Shown here piece by piece: positions 12,233-24,747 of a stretch of 64,000 nt of DNA; position 1 is the stretch's first letter, and each line of letters opens with the position of its first letter. Origin of the DNA: Lama glama (taxonomy: Eukaryota). The position numbers were made by a program, and so were the translations under genes. Below the pieces are notes generated by a model. The model was not told the DNA's origin, did not search any database, and was given only the letters and a program-made list of their open reading frames with translations. Location: assembly GCA_028534125.1 (NCBI GenBank), contig CM052816.1:98458001-98522000 (forward strand), read 5' to 3'.

Positions 12233-15200
12233 ATCGTTGCCTGTTTTCCCGCTGCACTGTCAGTCTTTTGCCTTGTGGATTTATAGGAGCACCTTTACTG
12301 TCTCCTGTAAATCTGCATCATTTAGCCAGGGGCGAAACTCAGAACTTCTGGGAGAGCTGAGGCTGCAAGAGCAAGGGGCCGGCGATAGCAGAGCTCAGGG
12401 AGGTAGGGGGCCGGCTTGTGATTGGGGAGCGACGTCGGGTGGGGCTTTGAGCACGTGTGATGACCTAACTGGCCTTGCAGGAGAGCCATGCTGGTGCTGT
12501 GCAGAGTGTGCGCAGAAGGGGCAGAGGGGAGGCAGGGAGGCTGCTCAGAAGACAGTTCAGTGTTCTCCTAAGTCATCACGCTGATGTTGTTTTATTTATT
12601 TTTTCTCGCCAGTCCGTGTGCAACTAGCCCACGTGTCTCCACACTTTGTGGACAAGCTGTCCACCCACGTCGCCGAGGTTTTCCCAGCACCCCAACGGAA
12701 CGGCCATCGTCAGGGTTGCTGATGACCTAATCCCACCCATTTGTGCTTGCCTCGCCTTACATCCCCTGTCCACGACCTCACCTCTAACCCCCAACAGCGC
12801 TCAGTGCAGTAGATCATCCCTCGGCCTGGAAACACTCTCCTTCCTTGGATTCCCAGACACCCGCTCAGGAGGTGAAGGATCCTGAATTATTTTGCCACTA
12901 TGCAAAGAAATTGATCCTTGACCCCCCTCCTTATTTGGTACCTGACTTTCCCGAGCAGAATTTAAAGATGCAGTAGGAATGAAAATGCTCACTGAGGAGG
13001 GAAGGTGTAGGCGTACTTTCACACTGGATGGCAGGGTGGCAAATTCCCACCGTGACTGCCCAATTCCAAACCACGAAACTGCTTGAGAAGTGAGGACCAG
13101 CTTCGACGTGGCATCAGGGTGTGGCTGCTCCTCTCCTAGATGGAGATCAGCATCTTCATTGGGGAACAGAAACATTTCCTGCTCTACTTTTCTAGGACAT
13201 CTAGAGTGAGTGATGCTTATGGGACCACGTAGAGCACATGGCATCTCAGAACTAAAGACAAAGCAGAGTCTTGGTACTTTCATATGCACATATCAGCATA
13301 GGTAAGAACATACCATCCTGGTTTTGATGAGTAAATCCTCCCCACTCAATGCCACTGCTCTGGAAGTGCTGTACACGGGTGCAGAAAGGAAAGCTGAGTG
13401 GGTCATATGTTAGGCAAACAAGTGCCCTTCTTAACTGAAGCCAACTTCATCATCAGTCACCTGGATGTGCTCCGACTCTATAGGGTGGAGAATGTACCCA
13501 CGCGTGTGTATGTGTGTGTGTATATATACACGTGTGTGGGGGGGGTCGCTTTAGAAAGTCTGTGCAGCAGAGACCTATCTTCACTTTGGGAGCTGTAACA
13601 GAAGATTGTCATTTGATCCTGAAAAAGCAAAGATGATTTTTGAATGAGAATACTCAGAGCCACCCGGTGACTTGCCAACGTGACCCGACTGGTACTTTGG
13701 AGGCTGGTCTGGATGTTCCTTGTGCTCTGAGGCTCTGGCTCTTACCAAAAGGCTCCCTGGGAATTGAAACCCAGGCACACAGGGTATGGGGAGGCTGATC
13801 TCACTGGATCCACCCCTGCCTGCTCCTGAGACTCATCCAGATTCCATCAAATCTTGGCTTTCCAGATGCTGGATTTCAGGGTGTGTATGTATGATATTAT
13901 GTTAAACAAGGATCCACAAATTCAGGTTGCTGTGGTGTGTTTCCATTCATAATGTTATTTGTTTCTAAACTAGTTTGAAGAGAGGGTGAGTGTATGGTTG
14001 ACCTTGAGGATATGTAGGTACCATAGCTGTAAGAGTTTGCACTTTTAATTCTAAAATGCCCCAAGATGGTGTGTTGGCTCTTCACTGCACCCTCATGCCT
14101 ACCGAACTTTTATCCTCCTAGTCTGTGCTTTGTTTTGTTTTCCCCATCAACACATTCCTCCTTTCTGGAATCTTCTCTGCCTTCCAGCCTGTGTAACTGA
14201 ACTCAATTTTGATGTGCTCAGTTCATTGAACTGGAAATTTCTCTTCCCATTGCTAATTTGAGAACCAGATAAGGATTCTTTTATTTCTCTCTTAAATAGC
14301 AAACAGGCCTAAATTACTTTTTTATTTACATGAGGAAGAAAGTCGTTGTGTGTATGCAAGACCCTCAGTCAAAGAAAGCTTCCTCATTCTAGAAGGTCTG
14401 CACTTTGGGTTAAATACTTTTCAATAAAAGAAGAGCCTCCAGTTATGTTTGAAGAGCCTCCTTGGCCTCAGAACTGGGCATCCATGTTCATCCTTGTTTA
14501 TTTTGCCAAGATCAGTGCATTTTCTGGCCACAGTCATTCACTATGGGGTGAGCTGAATGGAAACTTCATGTGATTTTTTTTTTTTGAGTTGTGCTGTAAA
14601 GCTCTATTTAAAAATTCACTTTCACGGTGAACTAGAGTTAGAAACAGAAAGAAAACAGTAGGCAGCCAACCTTTTGAATATTTCCTCGTCTACCTTCTAT
14701 GACTAGCAGAAGGCTGTCCATCTTCACAGCAGTTCCAAGTTTAAGAATAAAAACTTCCCTAAAGAAGAAGTTACTGAATTCGGATGTGTGATCCAAATAT
14801 ATTAGATACAAATTATATTTCGAATGCACTTTCTCACAGGAGAAGAGATCAAAATAAGAAATCAAAACAGAAGCTTTCCCATGTCTCTAAAAATGGTGGA
14901 TGCTGGCAGCAACAGCAGAAAAGAAGCGTAGTTCTAATTGCTATTTCTTGATGTTTTCACATAGTTGCACTGAAAAGAAACACTGTGTTGGAGTTGATAA
15001 AAATCAATTTCCCCTAGATTTTTTTTCCACTGTATTTTTTATTTTTTGCAGGAAGAAATGGCCATTAGCTAATGGACTGCAGTGTTCATGATGCAGTTTG
15101 CTCAGGCTCCGTGTTCTGAACAAGAGTAGCTCCAACCTCCCTTGTGATTAGGAAGATTACATTAACCTCGTGCAGGACAGAAAGAAAAAAAAATTGTTGT

Positions 15201-15549
15201 TGCATAACTTTTAAGAGCAAAAAAAGAGACTCTGAAGGCAATTTAATTTGGGGACACAGAACGTAATGAGGCTCAAACAAACTAATTTACCCCTAAAGAA
15301 GATAAAGTAATTTTAAGATTGGCGTTTTTGAAATCAGCCAAGTGTTGGAGTGATCGTTTTATGATTTTTAATGTGAAAGCTATGAGATTTGATTATGCTT
15401 TTCAGATGCCCAGACACTAGGCAAGACCTTGGTTCCGATCCAAGGCAGAGCTGAATTGGCCGAAAGCTGGCTGTGATCGCCGGGCTGCCAGACTAAAACC
15501 ATTTTTTCATGACAAATGTTCAGAAACACCCGGTTATCCCTACGGCCTT

Positions 15550-15825
15550 CACATGAATCACGCCAACGCTGCGCCGCGGGAAGGGCCGCGCCGCCCTCGC
15601 GCCAGGCGGCCGCTGGGTGACAGGAGCCCGCTCCCAGCAATTACCAGCGGCTCTGGGGCCCGGGGCGGCTTCTCGCCTTGGGGCGTCGCTGAGCAGCCCG
15701 GGGCCTTGTCAGGCTCCACGGCACACGACACGGACCTTGAGGGAGGGGCTTCCTCGCCACCAGCCGCGATCTGGTTCCCTCTCAGGGGGCGCTGCAGGTG
15801 CGCGGGCCTGGGGAAGACGGAAAAG
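15550..15825. promoter_or_regulatory. Orphan CpG island-like element (candidate promoter or enhancer)
   Basis: Roughly 30 CpGs in ~275 bp by eye, very high GC, GC-box motifs (ccgccc ~15591, ggggcgg ~15662). It lies next to ~1 kb of apparently repeat-free sequence (14640-15550). Confidence 0.6.
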
Positions 15826-15969
15826 CTGTTCTCTTCCATTAGCCAGGCTCTCTGATCAAATGGCGGGTCTGTGTCTTCAGGGCAAGCTACTCTATTTGTA
15901 AATGGAGAAATTTCTAGAAGAGCTATTACTTAGCCAAAATACTCTGAGATTTCCTTGCTTATATGCATT

Positions 15970-16700
15970 CCCCGTAGCATTGCCGTGAATTTACAGGGGT
16001 ATTACGTTTCTAAAACCTATAGCGCTTAATAAACTGTCAAAAAATAAAAAATTCTTTTCAACCACTAACCCATAAAGAAATAGAATCTCGTAAGCTCCTG
16101 GAAGCCCTCCTGGTTCTCTTCCCAGCGGCCGTTTACTTCCTCCTGAAAGGTTAACACTATTGTGACTTTCATCACGTAGATTAATTTTGCCTGGTTTTGA
16201 ATCTTGTGTTGATGGAATCCTGTAGTATGTAGACATTGCTCAATTATTTTTTAACATTTTTTATTGATTTATAATTATTTTACAATGTTGTGTCAAATTC
16301 CAGTGTAGAGGACAATTTTTCAGTTATACATGAACATATATATATTCATTGTCACATATTTTTTCGCTATGAGCTACCACAAGATCTTGTATATATTTCC
16401 CTGTGCTATACCGTATGATCTTGTTGATCTGTTCTACATTTTGAAATCCCAGTCTGCCTTTGCTCAGTTACTGTACTTGCGGAATGTGTCTGTGTTGCTG
16501 TGTGTGGCAGCAGTTTATTGGTTTTCACTGATTTGTAGCATTCCTTGACACGAGCATGACACAACTTACTCATCCATTCTGCTGGTGACAGTCATTTGAG
16601 TTTTACTTTTTTTTCCCAGTTTGGGGCTATTGCAAATAACGTTACTAAGAACATTACGTGCAGGTCTTCCGATGCACGTGTGAGGACAGATTGCTGGGGG
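15970..16700 (-). mobile_element. Old L1 (L1ME-like) 3' region interrupted by a young L1 tail
   Basis: gattaattttgcctggttttgaatctt..gatggaatcctgtagtatgt, and after 16460 ccattctgctggtgacagtcatttgag..ccagtttggggctattgcaaataac. Confidence 0.65.
16236..16472 (-). mobile_element. Young camelid L1 3' end with a degenerate TSD
   Basis: Same 3' UTR as the other copies. Flanked by ttgctcaattatt (~16236) and ttgctcagttact (~16460). Confidence 0.88.
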
Positions 16701-16701
16701 T

Positions 16702-17000
16702 TGTGTTACTTACCTAATGCTTTGTGACAAATCTCCCCAAAGCTTAGTGTGCTCAACAATAATCCTTTGTTATCTCCCATGGCTTCCACGGGTAGGAGGT
16801 TTGGAAGGGCCCACATGTGGTCTCCTCTGTGGGTGCCATCAGCGGTCAGCTGGGACCAAAGACATCTGAAATCACGATGCACATGAGGGTGAGTGGGCTG
16901 CAGGCTGTGGGCTGAGGACCTCAGTTCCTGCCCCATGAGTCTGTCCAAGGGGCCGACTATTGTCATCTTTCATGGCATCCCCAGAGAGACTAATCCAAGA
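16702..17000 (-). mobile_element. MLT1 (MaLR) LTR, older subfamily
   Basis: tgtgttacttacctaatgctttgtgacaaatctccccaaagcttagtg..ttatctcccatggcttcc..ggctgtgggctgaggacctcagttcc. Confidence 0.7.
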
Positions 17001-17004
17001 CAGC

Positions 17005-17760
17005 GAGGATGGCCCTGGATCCACGTTGTCTCTTGGGTTTTAGTAATTTATTTCTGCCTCGTGGAAGGCCTGCTAATTGTCTCCAGGATGCCTGACAATG
17101 AGCATGGAAAACTGGTAGAAATATGTGAGTCTCTTGCTGTGGTCATTTTCCTCTGATGAAGATGTACTTTTCTTTACTAAGAAGGCATCTGGATGATGAG
17201 CGGATCACTGCGATCCAGAATTGGATTAAGCTGGTTGATGCTGAGTTCTCATTTCCTGGTCTTGGGGTCCTTCCTGAGAACCTGGAGGGTTTACAGGGGC
17301 ACATTCTTTTCTGAAGACCACGTTTCATCCTCTTTCCCATGTCTATCTGCCAAGGTCAGCAAATGTCTGAAGCGGACAGAGAGGCATTCTCAGCTTAATG
17401 CATTTCATTTTCTCCATGATTTTGGTACCTCAAGGCTTCGATGCCTTAGCAACTTCAAACTCCAAGTTTTGTGCCTGAACCAACCTTAGTTCAGATGCTC
17501 AGACTCTGCTGCATTTTGCTCAGATCTTTGGTTTCTGGGTCTTGCAGTGCTTACAAATTAACAAATTCCTTACAAAGCATCACAGAATGCTGGACTCAGA
17601 GCATTCCTCAGGGACACTGTATGGTGATTTCTGGCTGCCTAAGTAGTTCTCTGATGCACTTAAGCAAATTTGAGGGTTTTTGTCAAGATTTTCTAGTTGT
17701 CTTCAGTAGCAGGTTGATTTGAAAGAAGACATTACAACAGCATCAGAAGCAGAAACTATA
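17005..17760 (-). mobile_element. Old L1 (L1MC4/5-like) 3' UTR
   Basis: gtggtcattttcctctgatgaagatgtactttc..ttctttctgaagaccacgtttcatcc..cagcttaatgcatttcattttctccatgattttgg..ccttagcaacttc resembles L1MC4/5 3' ends. Confidence 0.55.
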
Positions 17761-17827
17761 GAGGCTTTTAAACCAGTTGTGCATGTGGGATGCTGGAATG
17801 TTTAAAGACAAGAAGGATCATAAATGC

Positions 17828-18313
17828 TGTGGTAGGTAGAATAATGCTCCCTCCAAAAATGCCCGCTTCCTGATCCCCAAAACCTGTAAACATGCTAGAT
17901 TATATAGCAAAGGGGAATTACAGTAAAAATGGAATTAAGGTTGCTGATCAGTTGATCTTAAAACCGGAAGATTTAACCTGAATTATCTAGTGGACCCAAT
18001 ATAATCAACAGGGCCCTTATAAGTAGGAAAAAGGGACGGAAGAGAAATCAGAGTGTCACAGAGCGACTTCAAGATGTTAAAGCTGGCTTCACAGATGGAG
18101 GGCCATGGACCACGCAATGCAGGTAGTGTCTGCAAGCTAGAAGCAGCAAAGAGGCAGATTCCCCCCAGGCTCCAGAAGGAACGCCACCCTGCCAACATCT
18201 TGGTTTTATCCTGGTGAGGCTTCTGACCACCAGAGCTGTATGATAATGCATTTATGTTGTTTTAACCCACTAATTCTGCAGTAATGTTGCAGCAGCAATA
18301 AGAAACAAATACA
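17828..18313 (+). mobile_element. MLT1D-like (MaLR) full solo LTR
   Basis: Starts TGTGGTAGGTAGAATAATG. Contains ggaattaaggttgctgatcagttgatcttaaa..gcccttataagt..ccagaaggaacgccaccctgccaacatcttg. Ends gcagcaataagaaacaaataCA. Confidence 0.9.
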
Positions 18314-20092
18314 GGTATGTTCCATGATGTATTATTTAGTGCATCTTTTTCTATTTCCCCCAAGAAAACTGTGATTCAGCTCTTACCCTACAGGAACATG
18401 CATAGCAGAGCATCTCAGGCTGGGCATGCAAAATCAGTGGCATGTTTCTGTAGTACTGCAGTGCCACCGAAGACATGAGAGGATCAACAAAGAAATTAAG
18501 GTTTTACTAAAAAGTCACAGAGGCACAACATCAGAGCAGCCCCCTTCCAAGTCAACTGTGAGGAGGGGCAAGGGTAGGAGAGCGTGTTTTTGGTTCAGAC
18601 TCTACGTCCTCCAGGTTTGGCTGCACGTGTTCTGGGGGCAGCTCAACTCTGTCCATACGTGGCATTTCACAGCAATGAATTTGAATTGTCCAGTTGTCCA
18701 AATACTCCCCCCAAGTCTGTAAACTTCTAAAGGGCAGGTGCCATGTTTTATTCACTGTGATGCTTTGCCTGTAATGAGAATAACAGAATGGATTGTCAAT
18801 AAACAATGGCTGAAGTGAGTTTAATTAAGAAGAGTGGAATGGATTGAGGAATTGAAGACCTCTGGAGGAAAACTGGTAGGAAAAACTTGAAAATGCTTTC
18901 TGTCCACCACAATGAGCAATAAAGACATGAGCTAAAGGAAAATAGTATTAGTTATAACCCACTTTCAAAAACTAAATGCTCAGCAAGTTGTAATTATTAT
19001 TTATTACTACAAAACGCTCTGTGGACAGGAAGCCCCGTGCTGCGTCTCTCTCCGAATGCCGGAGGCTCTCCTGTGCCTAGCACCCTCTCCCCAACAGACT
19101 GAAGAGCCGTTTGAAAACATTGCGATTCAAGTTCTTGTGGATTGTGGAAGATGTAAAGGGAGAAATTTACATATGCTAGAATTTTTCAAAAAGAAAGTGG
19201 TGTTTGTTTGGGGAGTGAGATATACAGATATAGATGGTGTATGTTCTAGGAACTTATTTCCTCCTTTAATTTCAAGGCAGTTCAGAAGGAAAAGGGGAAC
19301 GCACAGAGCTCACAGTGATGTGTCACTAAGGGAATAAAATGAAACAAGAGAGGCCGGCATTAGAGCATCAAGGCAAAGAGTCCAGGGAAGATTAGGGGGT
19401 GGGGATATTTTGTGGAAGCTAGAAATAGATTAGAGAAAGTCGGAAGTCAGGATCAGGTGAGATCACGTGCAGAACCAACTGGGGTCAAGACAAGGGCCTG
19501 GTCAAAAACTCGGTGGAAGACAAGATCTAGGAGCCAGGCTGGGGGCAGGGTTCAGGAGCTCTGAGAACGCAAGCAGGAGACTCGGGGAGCAGGACTAGCG
19601 ACGCGTCCTCCCCTCTGCTCCACGCTGGTAATGTCTCCTCTGAGGCAGGAATTAATTTTTACCAGCTTAACCTTGGCTCTGCTGAAGAGAACTGAGCAGA
19701 TGCCTGTCAGTACCTGGGAAGGTGACAAGTGTTGGAGAAGAGATGGCTGCACTGGGGTAGAAAACCAGGCTGCAGTGGACGCAGGTGGTGGGATGGGTGG
19801 CTGTGCACAGAAGGCTGGCAAAGCTCATTTCGGAGACCCACTTGACCTAAGAGTCCGAACTACCCTATGCTGACATTTTTTAGCACAATCATGATCTCAG
19901 TAACAAATGAACAAAAGACTTGAAATAAGCAGAAGGTTTCCTGGACATATTGGAAGACGTTCAACTAAGAGAGAAAGCAAGAGGCAAAGAGCAGAGTTCT
20001 TGGGCCAGACTTAGAATAATGTGAACGTAGGACATCCTTCTCCAGGAAGACTTTCGGACATTGAGTCCCACCTAACAGAGTGGAGAGAACTA

Positions 20093-20592
20093 NNNNNNNN
20101 NNNNNNNNNNNNNNNNNNNNNNNNNNNNNNNNNNNNNNNNNNNNNNNNNNNNNNNNNNNNNNNNNNNNNNNNNNNNNNNNNNNNNNNNNNNNNNNNNNNN
20201 NNNNNNNNNNNNNNNNNNNNNNNNNNNNNNNNNNNNNNNNNNNNNNNNNNNNNNNNNNNNNNNNNNNNNNNNNNNNNNNNNNNNNNNNNNNNNNNNNNNN
20301 NNNNNNNNNNNNNNNNNNNNNNNNNNNNNNNNNNNNNNNNNNNNNNNNNNNNNNNNNNNNNNNNNNNNNNNNNNNNNNNNNNNNNNNNNNNNNNNNNNNN
20401 NNNNNNNNNNNNNNNNNNNNNNNNNNNNNNNNNNNNNNNNNNNNNNNNNNNNNNNNNNNNNNNNNNNNNNNNNNNNNNNNNNNNNNNNNNNNNNNNNNNN
20501 NNNNNNNNNNNNNNNNNNNNNNNNNNNNNNNNNNNNNNNNNNNNNNNNNNNNNNNNNNNNNNNNNNNNNNNNNNNNNNNNNNNNNNNNNNNN
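20093..20592. other. Assembly gap (500 N)
   Basis: Exactly 500 N. Confidence 0.99.
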
Positions 20593-20918
20593 AAACCATA
20601 ACATGTTAACATACATACTGCTGTCAAAAATAACTATATTTTCCAAAACAACCACAAATTAGGGAGAAGATGGAATCGTTTTACATTTTTACAATTTTTT
20701 TTTATTGTCTCACTTAATAGAAGTCAGCTGGCTTCTCGAGCTGCTTCTGGATTTAATCTACTGAGATGTTACAAATCTAAACATTTCCATTGCACACTCG
20801 TGAAAGAATGAGTTTTTTAAAAGCAAGTAACATCTTAGTGTTATTATGGAAATGGTTTTGACCTTGCCGGTCCCTCAAGGTCTCAGGGTGGATTCCCGGC
20901 CACACTGTGAGAAACACT
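20593..20918. mobile_element. hAT-Charlie (Charlie1-like) terminal fragment
   Basis: gcaagtaacatcttagtgttattatggaaatggttttgaccttg..ggtctcaggg..ccacactgtgagaaacact resembles the Charlie1 end. Confidence 0.65.
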
Positions 20919-21019
20919 CACCTATGACTACTCTTATGCCATAGGCATTGTGCATGGGGGATTAAAGAGAATTAAAGAGAAATCTCAAAAGTCTCAAAAG
21001 CAGTGAAAGAAGATTGCTG

Positions 21020-21770
21020 TGGGACCTCCTTTTTCCCCAGCATTTTATTACAAAAATTTTCAAACAGACAGCAAAATGGACTGGCTTCTGTCATGAATGC
21101 CCATCCGCTCATCACCTAGGTTCCACCATTAACGCTTACTTTACCTACTTTTCACACAGTCATCAATCTCTCCCTCCCTCCATCCATCAAACTATTTTCT
21201 CTTTAATGCATTTCAAAACATTTTGCGGACATCACACTTTCCGCTAAAAATGTCAGCATCTGTAGGATTAACTCAATACTTGCATGCATGTTTTTATGTA
21301 AATTTGACCCATGATGAAATGCACACGCCTTAGGTATACACTCACTGAATTTCAGTAAATGTGTGACACCTCTCTAACCCCACCCCCCGTCAAGACCCAG
21401 AACACAGCCATCACCCCAGAAAGCCCTAACGTTGCCTCTCAGTCGGTCCTCACCTGCGTTCCCGCAGGCGCACCAACATTCTGATTTCTCCTCCCATAGA
21501 CTGTTTTGCCCGCTGCAGAATGTCACATAGCATGGACTTTTGGCTAAGACTTCTTTCACTCCACATCCTGTTGTTCGCAATCAACGTGTTACTAGCTTGC
21601 TCCCTTCTTCGCTGAGTATAATTCCTCAGTGCAAGAGTATAGTTCCTCTGTGTGGATGTACCAGTATTTGTGTTTCCTTCTTCTACGGATGGGCACACAC
21701 ACTACTCCCAGTTTTTGTCTGTTTGGCACAATCTGCTATAAACATTCTGATACCTAATTTTCGGTTTGTT
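21020..21770 (-). mobile_element. Old L1 (L1MB/ME-like) 3' fragments
   Basis: ttattacaaaaattttcaaacagacagcaaaatg..; gaaatgcacacgccttaggtatac..caagacccagaacacagccatcaccccagaaag..ctgctataaacattct. Confidence 0.65.
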
Positions 21771-22389
21771 AATGTGGCTCCCCAGGCAGGGACTGCTCCA
21801 TCTTGAGCTCGGAAATTAATTTTGGCATGACAATGGGTCAGGGCATCAGAAGGAGACTTCATAATACTCTTACTGGGATTTTAGGGCAAAGGAAGTCCCA
21901 GAAGTGACTCTGAGGCCTTTTGCCCATGTGGCAGGGAAAAGACATTTACTGCAGAGCTATAAATCAGAAGTGGTGGGCAGGGTGGAGTGGGAGGAGCTGA
22001 GTGGTCCTGTTTGGGGCATCTTTGTCTCTGTCCTCCTGGGCCTGGATTCTGAGCCCCCATCAAGCTGCTTCGCTCTGACCACCTTTGACTGCAGGTAGAA
22101 GGAGTCACCAAGGATTTATCGTTCACTTTGAACAGGTGTTCACAGTTCTTCTGGATCTCCTCAGGGCTCAGCTTGGAGACTCTAAAAATCTGCTGTGCCT
22201 CCCAGAAGCTACGGCCAGAGAGGTTGGAGGCGGCTGCAGACTGGTGTCCAGCGTGGCCCCAGGTGTCAGCTGCTGCCCTGCCAGCTCAGACTCCTGCAGC
22301 AGGGCCTGGGAGAAGGTCCTGCCCACCACCACCTGCGTGCCCATAGTGGTGCCATTGTCATGAAATAAATGAGCGTAATTGTTCAAAGC

Positions 22390-22540
22390 AGAAGGCCTGG
22401 TTCAAATCCAGCTCTCCCTTCTGGGTGGGTAACCACGGGGAAGTGAGTCAACCTATCAGCGCCACAACGTATTCATTGTAAGATGAATGCAGTTAGACCA
22501 GCTGCATCATAACGTTATGAGGATTACTTCACTTAATCTA
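22390..22540 (+). mobile_element. MIR SINE fragment
   Basis: ctggttcaaatccagctct..gggaagtgagtcaacct..cattgtaagatg..gttatgaggatta. Confidence 0.6.
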
Positions 22541-22832
22541 TTTACTCTTTCGATAAGTATTTGTACTCCTGAAATACAGAGAGAAATGAACAGTGTACTG
22601 GAAGCACAGGGTAAAGATTAAGTCTCATAATAACACACAGGGAACTGAGGCTTGTGGAGAGAGGGTCTCACTCGTGCACTTCCTGTATGTGAATTGTACT
22701 CTGCCTTCAATAGGGCACTTTTGCATGTGTTGTTCTCACTAGTTCTTCAGGCCACGTGACCTGGGTGTTGTTATCCCAGTTTAACTCACCTACAGTAGAG
22801 GCAAGAGGTGGAGATGTGAAAACCATCTGAAG

Positions 22833-23007
22833 CCGGGGCGGGAAGGATGCAGTGTCCACGCTCCTGCACGGGTCATGAAGGAGAGGGGTCATGAAAGGAA
22901 AGATACGGATGAGACATGGAGATTCCCCAGGTGGGAGGGCAGGAGGCCTGGATCTGGACAGAGGCGTCCGGGGCAGGAAGGATGCAGTGTCCCCGCTCCG
23001 GCACGGG
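22833..23007 (+). repeat. 40-bp imperfect direct repeat, 135-bp period
   Basis: ccggggcgggaaggatgcagtgtccacgctcctgcacggg (22833-22872) vs ccggggcaggaaggatgcagtgtccccgctccggcacggg (22968-23007); 3 mismatches. Confidence 0.9.
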
Positions 23008-24249
23008 GGCCTCCCGCTGATCAGCAGAAGCATTCCAGCTCCCAGGCCTGACTCCCCAGCAGGACTCACTTTGTCTCCATCAGGCCCGAGGGTTTCCTCT
23101 TTCCTGTGTCAATGCTTCCCCTTCAGTTCCGCTGCTCCCTTCTCCCAAGACTGAAACGGGACACACTGACTCTTCCAGGAAGCCTGACGTCCCTGCAGGT
23201 AAGTTCTTGGCCGTGTGAGGCTAACTAATGAAACCACCGGGTAATCCACCAAATCCGGATGAGCCGGTGCTACCCGTCCAGGCAGAAGGCTCAACACTGC
23301 TCAACAAAGGGAGTGTTACTCGACATGGGAGAACCCCCGTACAGAAAGGAAACTCATGTGACCCCCTTTGGATTGTGTACAAGATTTGTATTAAAATAGG
23401 GCTTCTCAGAAAAGAAATAATAGCCTGCAAAACCTAGGTCAGGACACACCAGAGAACCCACAGAGGAGCAACCACTGATGACGCAGCAGACGCTCTGTTC
23501 ATCAGTAACGGTTTCCGAGGGCAAGATGTTCCCTGCAGCACAATGTCACGTTCTGAAATGGAATTCTCCGAGAAACGGGTCAGTCAGCATTAATCAGGAG
23601 ATACTGACTGTCAGAGTTAGAAAACATAGCATTTGTATAATATTTATTTTTCAATCAAATTGCTATGCACCCATCAAGGAGGGTACTACATGCTTGTTTA
23701 TCTCCTCAGATAAAAATGACCTTTGACCTCAATTCAGAGACCCCAGAACCACCATTATCGTCTGGGTGGCAGTGACATGGCTTCATCCTTCTGCCCTGCA
23801 TGGCAGGCTGATTCACCAGGAACCACATGACCGACCTTTCTTCTCTCATTCTGTTTTTGAGCCTTAGAATCAGCAGAATAATTTTCCAGGAATAGATTGT
23901 ATGATCTTTCATTTCTGTTGAAAATTTTTTTTTAACAATATGTGTTTCTCCCAGTAAGCTTGACTCTCCAAATAGAGCTGGCTTCACTACTTTAGAATTC
24001 TGTAATGAGACAAACTGGCCTCAAGTTCAAAGAGGAAGTATCTTTAACTGTATCGATTTCAACACATCAATATTTTGAGCCAGATAAAGGGTCTTGAAAA
24101 AATTACTGTTTAAATATGTATTCAAGCAATCTCTTAATAATTGGGAATTTACGTGTCAACATATTTCAGTGGGGTTTAGACCTTCTGAGTCCCAGAACTT
24201 GCAACTCGAAGTCATAAAAACTACTTTTATATGTGTCTCCACAAAGCTA

Positions 24250-24480
24250 TTTATGTCATTCAAGAAATATTTATTGAGGTCTTATTATGTCAACTGCATA
24301 CCAGGTATTTCTCTAGGTAATGGGAACACCAGATTAGAAAAGTCAGATTAAGTCTTTATTCTCAAGGATTTTACATTCTGTGGGGGAAAGACATAATAAA
24401 CAAATATGTAATAAAAGTATCCTGTGAGTGCTATGCAGAAAATTAAAATATGGCAATACGATGGGGCTGCTATGCACAGT
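24250..24480 (-). mobile_element. L2 3' end
   Basis: tcattcaagaaatatttattgagg..ctaggtaatgggaacacc..ctcaaggattttacattctgtggggg..aataaacaaat. Confidence 0.7.
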
Positions 24481-24747
24481 GGGTGACAGAGAGGACACAA
24501 TTTTAGCCACCCAGCATCCACTTTTTTATGAGTCGGAGTATTGATCAGAGTCTGGCAGGAAATAGAATTTGTCCGAAATGGTTTAGAAAGAGAGTCTAAT
24601 GCAAGGACTCTTTACAGAGGTGTGGGCAGAGTTAAACAAACTAACAGATGATGTTTGCTAAGACCTTCAGAATCTGACAAGGAGAAGTCATTTCCATCTC
24701 TTGATCTGAAGGGACTGGGGGAAGAAATTTTGTTGCCAGAGCTCATT

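Noticed and set aside
13497..13540. Imperfect hairpin or pre-miRNA-like sequence
   Set aside because: Alternating purine-pyrimidine simple repeat with trivial self-complementarity.
15062..15075. Perfect 14-bp palindrome CCATTAGCTAATGG (inverted homeodomain sites)
   Set aside because: Several 14-bp palindromes are expected by chance in 64 kb (about 64000/4^7).
15777..15795. CTCF-like motif (tcagggggcgctg)
   Set aside because: Only the 3' half of the consensus matches; key 5' positions mismatch.
19965..20662. Long ORFs in the ORF track (also 55439-56059)
   Set aside because: Artefacts of translating across N gaps.
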